Positions 34,387 to 45,514 of a stretch of 64,000 nucleotides of DNA are shown here, one piece after another (the stretch's first letter is position 1; each line of letters opens with the position of its first letter). The position numbers and the translations under genes are program-made. The notes beneath the pieces were generated by a model that saw only the letters and a list, made by a program, of their open reading frames with translations, did no database searches and had not been told where the DNA came from. Location of the stretch: the NCBI GenBank assembly GCA_000091205.1, contig AP006490.2; one strand, 5' to 3'. Source of the DNA: Cyanidioschyzon merolae (lineage: Eukaryota).

Positions 34387-37300
34387 ATGCTTCACTATGA
34401 AAAGACTGCAGCGGCGGAGATTCTGAGAGGCGGTAACAGCCTGGCAGTGTTCAGTCGCGGCCTAGACTTAGGTTCTCTCGTTGCCATCGTTGCAGCGGAA
34501 AAGCTTCTGCTAAGCGAAGGGAGACCTATTTTGGCACTCAACTTCCCGAAAACTGTTTTTCAGCGACTTGGCCGTCTGCTAGCGACGCACCCTGCAAAAT
34601 TCCCGATCCACCTGCTCCCAAGACATGTGAGTTCCAGCGTTTCAGCGGTTGAACGCTTCGAAGTCTACGGATGTGGAGGAATCATCGCTGCCACACCGCG
34701 AACTTTGGCTGTGGACCTTCTTACAGCAGTATCTCAGCTGGGTGATCACGGGGCAAAAAAAGTCCCCACGCTGAGTTTTCTGGGTATTCTGATTTATAAC
34801 GCACATGAAATCTCAGAACATCGAAGCGAAACTTTTGTAACGCGTCTTTTTAGAGAATACGTAGGAAGATGTGAACTGGAGGATACCTTCATACACGCCT
34901 TTAGTGACGCGGCACCAGCATTGTGCCGCGGATTTCACTCAGCAGAAAAACTGATGCGCCTTCTCGGACTCGAAAGGTTACTGCTTTATCCTCGTTTTCA
35001 CGTTGATGTCGTTACCTCCCTTGAGCACAAGACAGAAAATCCACAGAGCTACGTAGATGGAGGTTATGGGACTCATTCCTCATCGAGCGCGGGAATAGAG
35101 TTGCTGGAATTGCATCAGCCTATGACTGCACTGATGAAAGCCATTCAGGACGAGATCCTTGTGCTCATGCGATCCTGCTTTTTCGAATTAAGACGCAGTT
35201 CGCCGGCCGCGGAACTAGATGAGAGTGATTTGAGGGTAGCGGCTACCAGTAGGAGCATCTTACAAGCCGCCCAGCGCATCGGGCAAGAATGGCGGCGATT
35301 GAATTCTCGTAGCAGGCAGCTGTTGCAGGATATCCAGAACCTGAATAGCATTCTTTCGAGTCTGCTGGACGATGACTGTGTCACATTTTTGGCATATTTA
35401 GAGTCATTGAGGGATACACAAGGAGCGACCAGTTTGTGGATGGCGATGGAATCGGCGCAAAATCTGTATAGACTGGCCAGGGAGAGAGTCTTCCGAGGCA
35501 CCGACACTGGGGGAGACTCCAAACTAATGGGAATGCAGGATGCAGCGCTTGACCTACGAGCCAGCGAGACTGGTGAGTTACCGTTCGAATTCAGCCAGAA
35601 GCTTGTCTGTCCGGAACCGAACAGCAAATGGGAACTTTTGAAAGAGTTACTTGATGAAGTTGTAAGTATGCTCATGGGTCATCAGAGGCATGGAAACGTA
35701 TCGGACGCATCGACTCGTCGAGTTCTTGTTCTGGGGAGAGAGCCCTGCACTATTCAGTTTCTCGCCGAGTATCTCCACTATCGTGAAGGCGCTTTCGACG
35801 CATTGCATCGACGACTGCTTTTGTATCTTGGGACGAAATCCGGTGGAAAAGCCCGTGAGTCTGTCAGACCGACGACGGCAACAATGTCGAAAGCGGTGCC
35901 GTCACTTAGGGTCAAGTCAGATGCCATAGATGCCTCGCAATCCTCGTCGAACGCGGAAAGTGAGCACTCGAGCGCTTGTACTGATATGCGACAACACGCA
36001 CCAAATCAGAGGATCACAGCAGAACACGATTCCCCTGGGCAGAAATTCGGTCACCTACAGGGCGATGCCGCAGGGCATGCATCCCCCCGCGAATCAGCGT
36101 CGGATAACTACAATTCAGCTCCCGCGCATGCCAGTAGTGCCGTGTCGCAGTGTGCAGATGCAGCGCGTGTAGAGATTTTGCTCAAATCCTATGGCAGGAG
36201 ACAGAGCAGCACGGGCGTTGAAAACCTCATCGGACCCTCCACCATACTGCCTTTCTTGCTGGATTCGCAACCGTGTTCAATTATTATGTTGGATCCTACC
36301 CTGCAACACGTCCGAGAAATCGAAGTATACCAAGCCGCTTACTCGAGATTTGCAAAGATCCGGGTCTATGCAGTATTTTACGAAGAATCCCCCGAATATG
36401 AGCTATATTGTAATGCAATAGCAGATGAGAAGCACGCATTTCAAACCTTGATCCGCCATAAGGCGTCGATGGCCGTTCGACTCGATCAGAGCTCTGCCGT
36501 GGCTGTACCGGATACTGGGCCCGAACGCATTTATTGGCCACTTTGGGCGGGATCCCTTGCGAAGGCGGATAGACCTTCGCCCTCGTCTGGACGTCCCCAG
36601 ATTCTTGTGGATGTACGAGAATTTCGCTCGACGCTTCCTGGTTGTCTGTATCAAGCGGGATTCGAGCTGCTTCCTCGGACCCTGAAAGTAGGGGATTATG
36701 TACTCACACCGGATATTTGTGTCGAGCGCAAAAGTATCCCGGATCTGACGAGTTCTTTGGCGTCTGGGAGACTTTATACGCAATGCCAAGCAATGTGTCG
36801 ACTATATAGATACCCGTTGCTGATGATCGAGCTCCAGGAAGATGACATCGGGAGCACGGGAGCGAAAGCACATGTGACAAATCTGTTCGCGCCTAGTCTC
36901 TCCTTTCAGGAGAATTCCTCGCATGGTCCTGCCACGGGAATCGGGAAACTGTGCCTACTGACAATTCATTTTCCTCGTCTACGCCTACTGTGGTGTCGAG
37001 GTCCCCAAGCAGGTGCCGAAGTGTTTGGCACATTAAAAATTGGGGAAGCGGAACCGTCGGGTGAACCGACGGGCCAGATTTCAGGCGAATCCGAAGCGAC
37101 CGAGGACTCATCCGCAGAAGCTTCACTTTATTCGGTGATGAATGCACGAGACGCTTTCGCTATGCGTCCTTTTGACATGCTTCGTTGTCTGCCTGGCGTC
37201 GAGAATGCAACTGTGTTTGCGCTCATGCGCCAGTTTCGAACGCTGACGGATCTGGCGAACGCTGAAGCTGATAATATGGCGAAGCATTTCGGGCCGACTC

Positions 37301-37425
37301 TTGCAAAGCAGCTCATCTCCTTCATCAACACGGAGTTTCGTGATCCGAATGAGGTTTCTGCATCGGCTGCCGGAGCTGAACCAGTTAGCAAAAAAATTCG
37401 GTCTACGTCACCGGCCGACTTGTAG
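34387..37425 (+). CDS. ERCC4: DNA repair endonuclease XPF/ERCC4 (Rad1 orthologue), 1012 aa, single exon
   Basis: degenerate helicase-like N-terminal domain (…GGIIAATPRTLAVDLLT…LLYPRFHVDV…), ERCC4 nuclease motif …ILVDVREFRSTLP…VGDYVLTPDICVERKSIPDL…GRLYTQC…, C-terminal HhH2; TAG stop. Confidence 0.9.
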   Translation: MLHYEKTAAAEILRGGNSLAVFSRGLDLGSLVAIVAAEKLLLSEGRPILALNFPKTVFQRLGRLLATHPAKFPIHLLPRHVSSSVSAVERFEVYGCGGIIAATPRTLAVDLLTAVSQLGDHGAKKVPTLSFLGILIYNAHEISEHRSETFVTRLFREYVGRCELEDTFIHAFSDAAPALCRGFHSAEKLMRLLGLERLLLYPRFHVDVVTSLEHKTENPQSYVDGGYGTHSSSSAGIELLELHQPMTALMKAIQDEILVLMRSCFFELRRSSPAAELDESDLRVAATSRSILQAAQRIGQEWRRLNSRSRQLLQDIQNLNSILSSLLDDDCVTFLAYLESLRDTQGATSLWMAMESAQNLYRLARERVFRGTDTGGDSKLMGMQDAALDLRASETGELPFEFSQKLVCPEPNSKWELLKELLDEVVSMLMGHQRHGNVSDASTRRVLVLGREPCTIQFLAEYLHYREGAFDALHRRLLLYLGTKSGGKARESVRPTTATMSKAVPSLRVKSDAIDASQSSSNAESEHSSACTDMRQHAPNQRITAEHDSPGQKFGHLQGDAAGHASPRESASDNYNSAPAHASSAVSQCADAARVEILLKSYGRRQSSTGVENLIGPSTILPFLLDSQPCSIIMLDPTLQHVREIEVYQAAYSRFAKIRVYAVFYEESPEYELYCNAIADEKHAFQTLIRHKASMAVRLDQSSAVAVPDTGPERIYWPLWAGSLAKADRPSPSSGRPQILVDVREFRSTLPGCLYQAGFELLPRTLKVGDYVLTPDICVERKSIPDLTSSLASGRLYTQCQAMCRLYRYPLLMIELQEDDIGSTGAKAHVTNLFAPSLSFQENSSHGPATGIGKLCLLTIHFPRLRLLWCRGPQAGAEVFGTLKIGEAEPSGEPTGQISGESEATEDSSAEASLYSVMNARDAFAMRPFDMLRCLPGVENATVFALMRQFRTLTDLANAEADNMAKHFGPTLAKQLISFINTEFRDPNEVSASAAGAEPVSKKIRSTSPADL

Positions 37426-37426
37426 G

Positions 37427-37867
37427 CTAACGAAGCGATTCATGGTCTCTGAAAGCAGTGGCGTCCCTAAATACCTTCTGTAGCTTTTCCTCAAGCTGGA
37501 AGATTAGCTGAACAGCTTGAGTAAAAGAATCCCTTGCACACTCGAGGTGAAGTCCGCGACTGTGCAGGCGCTCTATTGCGTTCGGTTCGTACTCGCTTTC
37601 CACGCTGTCTGGCAGCGCTCCGGTTCGCGCAGGCTGTACGTCTCGATCGTTCGGTTTCGTAGCGGACGATATAGATCTCGAAGCGTCGAGCTGGTGTAAT
37701 TCCACGTGTTGCGAGCGACTGCGTCGACGCTCGAGTGCGAGCTCAAAGTACCCTCTTTTCAAACAGGTCTCCAGATTGGCACGTAAAATAAACACCTCGT
37801 CCAAGAGGTCCAGACACGAAAAGAAAAGCGTATCGTTTGAACCCTCTGGTTTAGGGTTCGACGACAT
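37427..37867 (-). CDS. hypothetical protein (146 aa)
   Basis: ATG-initiated ORF immediately convergent with XPF 3' end; no recognisable domain. Confidence 0.25.
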   Translation of the reverse strand: MSSNPKPEGSNDTLFFSCLDLLDEVFILRANLETCLKRGYFELALERRRSRSQHVELHQLDASRSISSATKPNDRDVQPARTGALPDSVESEYEPNAIERLHSRGLHLECARDSFTQAVQLIFQLEEKLQKVFRDATAFRDHESLR

Positions 37868-38026
37868 ATATGAGACTTGTCATAAGGAATATAAGTTTGA
37901 GCGTCTGTACCAGGCGATCATCCTTGACACATTACACGCATGTAAGTATCAAATATGACAGATTCTGTAACACCGGCGCATACTCTAAAGCTTGGATCCC
38001 TTTTCACACATCCTCAATAGCGGACT

Positions 38027-38395
38027 CTACGGGCTTTTTCTGCGACTGCTTGTTCTCCCCTCTCTTATCTCCTGCATTAAATACGCCGGTCTATCCCGTA
38101 CCTCCAGCTCCGTTGACTGCAGACGAAGGGTGTTGATAGCAGCAACAAAGTCTTCATTTAACCGTTGCTGAATGTCGTCGATGCATTTCATACAGAGGCG
38201 GTAGTTGCGATCTACGTATCGCTTTCCATTTTCAATTTCTTTTATACAGCCCAAGTGCGCCCTTCTCGGCGAAAACAGTCGACTGTGGTTAGCTGATCCC
38301 AGAAGTCCGCGACATGTCTGCGCGACACCCTGTAGCGCGTGGACGCTCGCACCATCGCTCGGATTGCACCCTAGACGAGTCCATGAGGCGCTCAT
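38027..38395 (-). CDS. hypothetical protein (122 aa); same frame as 37427..37867, separated by a stop, so it may be one interrupted or intron-containing gene
   Basis: ATG-initiated ORF; no recognisable domain. Confidence 0.25.
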   Translation of the reverse strand: MSASWTRLGCNPSDGASVHALQGVAQTCRGLLGSANHSRLFSPRRAHLGCIKEIENGKRYVDRNYRLCMKCIDDIQQRLNEDFVAAINTLRLQSTELEVRDRPAYLMQEIREGRTSSRRKSP

Positions 38396-39560
38396 CGATG
38401 CCCTCCTCGGTTTCCGTACCTAGTATCGTACCCTACGATCGCATGCTACTTCTTGCCGATTTACTTGGCGAGAACTCTGTCCGCTACAGGCGCAAACGCC
38501 TCCTGTCTTATTCGGTAAGGGATTTGCAGCGCGCGGTCTTGTAAATAATGAAACGAGTTCCGGACGAAAATTTCGGGCTGAATTACAAGTCAGGCATACT
38601 CGATCCCTCTACGCTTCCTTCCCGCAAAGCGGTAATGCAAGCTCTACTGGAAGCGATCGCTTCAGTGACTCAGTTCCGAGGTCAACACATTTTTCCATGC
38701 AAATAGCAGAGATAGACCTCTTTGGTACCGTGTCCCGTTATAGGCGCCTTGCCGGTGCCGGATTCCGTCTCGTCGCTGGCCAATAACCGCGATGGATTCG
38801 TATTCCGAACGTAATCGATAATTCGATGCGACAAGGTCACTAGTATTTCCGCATAAACGTGTAAAGTTGGCGTCAACGGGTCACGTCGAGTTCTCTCCTC
38901 GTCAGTCGAGCGGCCGAATCGCTGCGGCGACGAGTTGCCCCGAAACTGAAAGATCGAAACCGTAACCACTTCGTGATTTGAGCCTGGTAAATGTAAGGAA
39001 CGAGATCAAATCGAGGTTTACACCCACGAATTTGTCGATCATAGTGGTCATCTTCAGAAACCGAAGTCGAGTGCATCGAGAATCATCTTCATGCCGGTTA
39101 CGCGGAGAATTACTCCCGCAAAAGATTTGAAGGAGCCACGCTGACCAGGCAACCAAATATCCGAAATCCTAGTAGGAATCGATAGGCCCTTGTTATTGGG
39201 CTTTGAATGTCGAGGCTGTATATTCCAGAATAGTTCGGAAACAAATTGAAAGGCGGGAACTGATCGAGGAATTCGGTTTTCCATTTTTTATGACAATTGT
39301 TTAGAGCTCATGTTTATCATATTCAGTAATGTGGCACAGCGTAAGCAAATGGGCATTCCATCTAGTCAAGGGCATTTGCGAGCGATCTATTTGCCGTGTC
39401 TTGAACAACGAATTCCGCAGATTGTAGAAACGGCGAAAGTTTTTTCAGATACCGACAAGAACGTCATCCAAAGGCAGCGGCCCTGTGCTAGTTGGCCTCG
39501 CTCCTCCAGAATACTACGCATGTATCGTCGATTTCGCATTAAAGCCGTGTCTGTGCGAGC

Positions 39561-39590
39561 GTATGTATGCATGTATGCATGCAGGGAGCC
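39561..39590. repeat. short (GTATGCAT)-type microsatellite
   Basis: gtatgtatgcatgtatgcatgca. Confidence 0.6.
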
Positions 39591-40010
39591 AGTGAAGTTA
39601 CGCGTGCCTATGCCCGAGGCGCAAATGGTGGCGAAAACCGACGCTACGCCTCCGGGCACGTAGGCGACTAAACCGAGAATCGCAGCGCACGCGTGACTCG
39701 CTCCCCGTTGGTGCGCTGTTTCTTCCGGACTTCCTATGGACGAGTGTCCGAATCGAAGGTTTTATTTTGGCCCTGAACCATCCGAGGAAACGAGAGCTCC
39801 ATTTTTTATTGGGCTAGCATTCGAACTCAATGCTTTTTATTCGAAGAGCAGCTGCAGGCTGTGAGTCGGTGACGAAAAAATTTTCTTGTTTTCAACGAGC
39901 ATCTCGACAAAGAGAAAGTCTCCAGTCATAAGTTTGTTGCAGTCTGCGGCCTGGCACGAAGCACATACTCATGCCAACTTTCTGCCCAGAGAACCAGACC
40001 TACTCGCGGA

Positions 40011-41183
40011 ATGGTCCAACATGCTGCGAACGGACATGCTCAATGCTCTTTTCGCCCCCTGCGATACAAAGCAGAAACTCGAGGCCGGGTTGCGCGCTCA
40101 ACGCGCGAGCGGGTTTTGCTTCGTTGCCTTTTTGATATGAGACTCGTACATAACGTTTATGACTCTTTCGAGGATGCTATAGGAAACACGCCGCTGATCA
40201 AGCTAAGGCGTGCCTCCGAGCGGACTGGCTGCAACATCTATGGTAAAGCCGAATTTATGGAACCCGGCGGATCTGTGAAAGACCGCGCTGCTCTCTACCT
40301 TCTCACCGACGCTGAAAAGCGAGGGACGCTCAAGCTCGGCTCAATTGTGGTAGAAGGCACAGCAGGGAACACTGGTATCGGTTTAACGCTATTGGGAAAC
40401 TCCCGCGGGTATAGAACGGTGATAGTTATTCCAGAAACACAGTCTGAGGAAAAGAAAGAGTTTCTCCGATCCTGTGGTGCCGAGCTCGTGCAAGTTCCAG
40501 CTGCGCCATACAGAAACCCGAACAACTACGTACGCCTGAGCGAGAGGCTAGCCAAGGAACTTGGTGCATTCTGGGCAAACCAGTTCGATAACCCTGCAAA
40601 CCGCAGAGCTCATGAGGAAACTACCGGTCCAGAAATTTGGGATCAACTCGATGGTCATATTGACGCGTTCAACTGTGCTGTCGGCACTGGCGGCACGCTG
40701 GCGGGGGTCAGTGCATTTTTGCGCGCAAAGAATCCTGGCATTAAAATTGCACTAACGGATCCGCAAGGGGCCGCTCTCGTGCGATACTATCAATGCGGAG
40801 AGCTCGTCTCCGTCGGCGATTCTATTACCGAGGGCATTGGTCAAAGTCGAATTACTGGGAACCTTGAAGGATTCGTACCAGATATGAGCTTCGAGATCAG
40901 TGATGCAGAGGCACTGCAAGCAGCTTATGATGTCGTGCGGCACGAAGGGTTGCACATTGGCCTCTCAAGTGGTATCAATATTGCCGGCGCGATCAGGGTT
41001 GCAGAGAGTCTCGGCCCTGGGCATACCATCGTGACGATCCTTTGTGATGGCGGTTCTCGCTATCAAAAGAAAATGTTTCAGCCGAGTTTTCTCGAGCAAA
41101 AGAAATTGCCGATCCCTACCTGGTTGTCGGATTCCATGAAACCAGATTTGGCTGCTGCGCTGTCTAAAGTGTATGTCCCCTGA
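40011..41183 (+). CDS. cysteine synthase / O-acetylserine sulfhydrylase family (PLP-dependent, CysK/CBS fold) with ~40-aa Arg-rich N-terminal extension
   Basis: …GNTPLIKL…GSVKDRAALYLL… (PLP-lysine motif), …GTAGNTGIGL… glycine loop; ATG at 40011; conserved core starts near the second Met (40137). Confidence 0.85.
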   Translation: MVQHAANGHAQCSFRPLRYKAETRGRVARSTRERVLLRCLFDMRLVHNVYDSFEDAIGNTPLIKLRRASERTGCNIYGKAEFMEPGGSVKDRAALYLLTDAEKRGTLKLGSIVVEGTAGNTGIGLTLLGNSRGYRTVIVIPETQSEEKKEFLRSCGAELVQVPAAPYRNPNNYVRLSERLAKELGAFWANQFDNPANRRAHEETTGPEIWDQLDGHIDAFNCAVGTGGTLAGVSAFLRAKNPGIKIALTDPQGAALVRYYQCGELVSVGDSITEGIGQSRITGNLEGFVPDMSFEISDAEALQAAYDVVRHEGLHIGLSSGINIAGAIRVAESLGPGHTIVTILCDGGSRYQKKMFQPSFLEQKKLPIPTWLSDSMKPDLAAALSKVYVP

Positions 41184-42089
41184 GTGGGAACACTGGGAAT
41201 TTCTACTCTATCGTCATCAGTGCTTTTTGAAGCGTTTTGCCAGAAAGCACTGAGATTTCCGAAACGCTAGCCTCTTGATACCCAGACCGGCCGCCTACGA
41301 TGCAGTGCGCAGGATGCTCTCTGCTCGGCGCAAGAGTGCGTTTTCAATACTGTGCACCCGTTCTACATTGAGAGCGCAAGCGTTCCCGGTTAGTAAGCAA
41401 CTTGCGCTTCGGGCAACGCGCATCCGACTATCATGGGCAAGGGGCCGAACTCGACGCGCTGTCGCTCTGATAGACGGCCAACGGCTTCAGACCGCGTCCC
41501 TGTGGAGTGCCTCGCCTGGAATAGGAACATAGGTCAAACACCACAGCAGAGTATGGCACCGGGCACCAGTTGCCGGTGCTTCTATGCCACCACAGGCGCA
41601 GAATTTTCCACCGTTCAAGGACGGCACTCGTTGGACTAGACTGTTTTCGCAGCGTAAAGCAGACAACGCAGCTCTCTCTTGAAGCGTCCTGTCGGGAACA
41701 CCGGCAGTTTCTCGCCGAATCCAGACCTTAAGGCAGATACTTTGTATGTGCTCATGGGTAAACACGGCCTTAGTCCAGCAGCCGCTCCAAGAGCCTTATC
41801 TGGTGTTGAGCATTAGAGCGCAAGCGCTGCTCCAGCTGTGCTCCTCGTCTCCGGAGCTGGCTGACCAAGCGCTCACACTCTCGATGGAGCAAGTCCTCTA
41901 CCGTTGCAGAATCACCAATAGGTTGAGGAGTTGCGTGTTGGTCCGAGCTTTCCAGCGACTGTTTCTGCGACTGCATACGACCTGGAGTGCGCAGGGAACC
42001 ACAGGCGCCACCTAGTCGGCCTGGCAGCGCTGACGCCCTGCGGGATAGCGATTTGAACGGCGGCGCAGCGAACACGCGTCTCCGATGAT

Positions 42090-42425
42090 ACCGCATCTTC
42101 AAGAGTTTGCGGTCGAGCATCGAACCGGAATCCGCCGCTACACGATACCTTCTATGTCAGAATAGAATGGAGCGGATCCTCTTCGCTAACTCTGGAGTAC
42201 GCACTAAAATTTTGCTCTCATGTCACCGTCATCAGAGGAAGCCTGTGTGGCCCTTATCTGCAACTGCTTCCTTTTCGTCTCTCGGATCTCCGGCTTTCAC
42301 CAGGCTGGTCTTTTATTTTCCTCTATATCTATTGCCAGCAACAGAAGCATACTCATGACTGCTTTAGAGTCCAGATTTCACTACTTCCGGCCGGCGTTCA
42401 TGCATTCCATGCACAGTAAAGCGGT
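42090..42425 (+). repeat. copy 1 of a ~330-nt non-coding repeat (about 75% identical to 55270-55625, same orientation)
   Basis: nucleotide-level similarity extends beyond the small ORFs 42220..42429 / 55399..55638 on both sides; the shared translations are only about 40% identical, so conservation is not protein-level. Confidence 0.45.
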
Positions 42426-44200
42426 TTGATTAAAGCTTCGTTTGCAACTTTCATGTGCTCTGAATATACCCTGGGTGTGCCGTTCGCAGCGGATGCGCTT
42501 GGCTGTATTCAGTTGTTCCCATACGCCCGCGGTATTTTGTCTTCCGAGGGCTACCAACTGGCGCGAGCGTACTCGCTTCATTGCTAGGTACGTCCACTTG
42601 TCGTGTGCAGAAACCGCTCTCGAAGGAGTGCTCGGTTTCCGAGCCCGGTGCCGTAAGATGCGATCGCCAGCTTTGTGTATATGAAATCCTCCACGAATTC
42701 TCTGCCCGCTGTGCACGAAAGATCATGCTATGCAATTCGTTATCTCAACGTTCGCTTCCGTGCATGCTTTTCATTTTCTGTATGTTGTGCCCATAAATTT
42801 TTCGGAGTCGTATGAAGGGCGCCAAGGCAGGTCATATACTCGTGAGCATCGAGTCCACACGGTCTACCCGCTTGCGAGAATGGATCCAAGGGTTCTTAGA
42901 CTCTACTCTGTTCCATAAGGTATTCAGTCCATTCTATCATTCGCTCCCTTATACTTAAGCCAAGATGACAGACGCGCAGGAAGAACTTCCGGCAGTTGCT
43001 GGAAGTCGGAGAAGCTCAATTTCGTGGTCCCCGAGCATCGTCGATTACCAAACAGTAGCGTGGAACTCGTCCGCGGGTCTCTCGGAAGCGCAGCTCTAGA
43101 GGTTCGCTCTACACTTACCCTGGCCGATGTAGATCGCATTGCGCAGCAAGTCCGCCGGGCCATGCATTTACCTTGCTCGTTGCTTACGAGCGTATCTGCT
43201 CGCCTGAACCGGGGTACGTTTCGGCAGTGGACGGGTTGTACAGCTTGAAAGACGTTCGCGTTCGCTGGCAATGGATAGTGTCTCGCTATCGATCTCGGTC
43301 AAGAATGTGACTGATCCTCGCGGAAGCACGAAACTCCCGTCTCTCTCCCCTCGATTCCACTATTTTCGCATCTTTCTTCGCTTTTCGCCACTGCCCCTTC
43401 CTACAGTGGATCGTAAGCCCTTCAATAGCACCAGATAAGACGCGCATCGCTCGCCGCACGAACTGCATGTCGTCGATCAACTGCTATTCTCCTTTGGTAC
43501 ACTCATTATTCAAGCAATGCATTGGCCAAGCATTTGCGCGGCAGCGCCCCTCCACAACAAAGCTGAAAAACACAGGTTCGATTCTGGAAGGATGCGCGAT
43601 TTCAGCATGCTCTGGGCAGGGACAAAAGAAGAGTGTGAATTTGAACGCGTGCATTGAATAATGATGGCGTTTACTCTATGAACACTCGTTCGAGGGCAGC
43701 GTGAATCATCTTGATCTCGGTGACATTGCGAATTCCAACGGGAAAGCGTCGAAAGCGCTACTCCGCAATGACAATCGAGAATCCTGAAACTGCACATGAA
43801 TCCGTAAGCCCCTCTAACTGTACTTTGAACGTAGGGGATGCACGTCTAAAAACGTTGGGTGATGTAATCGAAACGCAGAAAGCTAGCGAGCATTTGAATG
43901 TTCTATTTCAATCAGAGACGGCTGTTGGATGCAAAAGTTGCGGCTCGAGGTACCGTTTATCCGGCAGGCGATCCGAACGGGTGCGCATCCGCTCCGGCGG
44001 CGGCGCTTGCGATGTGTGCTAGAGACGGGACCCGCGCCGTGCGGCGCGTTCTCCGCCACGGAGCCCGTGGTCTCTGAGAGAGCGTAACGCTAACGGCTGC
44101 CAGCGGCTGAACGAGGAATTGCAGTCGTGCGTTTCGGGTGACAGTGTGTGCGTGTGTCGGGAGATTTCGTGCTAATCCAAAAGTGAAACGATCGAGCTCT

Positions 44201-44608
44201 ATGGCTTCGACTGGCTGGAGTAACTTTCGTCGGACGTGGTTGAAGACGGAGGTGTTGCCCGTGCTGAGTGCTGTCGGCCTGGGTGTGGTGGTGGCATTCT
44301 ACCACTTTTCCCACAAGGTGCTGAACTCTTCTAGCATCACATTCAATCGGCGAGACCGCAGCGTGGGCGGCATCGAGAGGTATAACCGCCTAGACGAAGA
44401 GCAGGTTTGGCGGGACCAACACGGTTTAATGTCTTTCGCTATAGATAAGTCGGAGAGTATCTTTCACAATGACAGAAGAATATATGAGGCAAAACGCTTA
44501 CCGAATCCTGAGTACGTGCCTCCGCAGTCAGCTGAACTGACACAAAGTGCTGGCACAGGCGAGGTTCTCGCAGACGATCTGGCCGCTAACGCTCAAGCGT
44601 CTCCATGA
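44201..44608 (+). CDS. small single-pass membrane protein (135 aa), tentatively NDUFA4/MLRQ-like
   Basis: first ATG at 44201 (track ORF opens with GTG at 44138); …LPVLSAVGLGVVVAFYHFSHKVLN…RRDRS… resembles the TM plus downstream motif of MLRQ-type subunits; weak. Confidence 0.3.
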   Translation: MASTGWSNFRRTWLKTEVLPVLSAVGLGVVVAFYHFSHKVLNSSSITFNRRDRSVGGIERYNRLDEEQVWRDQHGLMSFAIDKSESIFHNDRRIYEAKRLPNPEYVPPQSAELTQSAGTGEVLADDLAANAQASP

Positions 44609-45514
44609 AGTGCTGCGGACTAATTGCATGGCGCAGAGGTGGTCTCACTTGCGAGCAGTACGTAAGACCTTGTCGCCAGTACTCGCTCGCCATCGGCAAC
44701 GATGGCTTCGCTGAAGAAAGAGCTTGCATTGCACGATCCGATGGACACGTCGGCACGAAAACCCACCACATGCGTTTCTAAATACGGTTACAGCGTTTTC
44801 CAATTCATTTTGTCATCACTCGCTTTGATTTAATCTGCCTTGACGGTATGTTCGCTCCACAAGGTCCCGGATGGCTTCCAGAGGCGCCTGGCTGGGCGCA
44901 GCAGTCATCATGCACCGGCCGCTCCATACATCCAGCTCCCAGGGTGGCCAGTGTGTAAACCCAAGACTGCAAAGGTTCGTACCATGCCTGTCCAAAATTG
45001 GAAGAAAAGAATCATTTCGCATTCGTGCGCTCGCCTCGAGGCGGCGGGCGCCGGCTGCGGCACCTCGAGCGTCGGCGGAGCGCACACACAATTCGCGGGT
45101 ATTGGGCTGTGTCGCGAATCGCCGCGCGCCGCACGGTCGCGTCGCCGTCGAGGAAGCGCACGCATGTTCCGAGGGTGCTGTGCGTGCGTTGCAACTGTGA
45201 AAAGTTGTTGGTGTGCGAACAGGTGACCAGGCCGGGGACGTGCCATCGAATAGGTCAGCAGGTACCATAGATCCTGAGGAAAACACAAGAATTTGCTATG
45301 AGCCAGATACCAATATAGGATTTAAGTGTCCATAACGAGTACACGCTGTGTCGGCGCCTTCAGTTTCGCTAGAGCTTGCACCGTCTTGGTCAGTGACCGG
45401 GCACAACTTTGCGAGCAAGGCAGAGAGGTGCACAACAGCGTTGGGTTGTGTCCAACGGCGCCTTGGGGCAACAGGCGGTTCTTTCGCGTTGACCTGAGTG
45501 GTGGCATTGTAGAA

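Noticed and set aside
42090-42140. tRNA-like or SINE head in the 330-nt repeat (…atcgaaccggaatccgccgctac… resembles a T-arm plus acceptor 3' end)
   Set aside because: I could not fold a cloverleaf with proper D- and anticodon arms, and the second copy lacks the motif. Kept only as a generic non-coding repeat.
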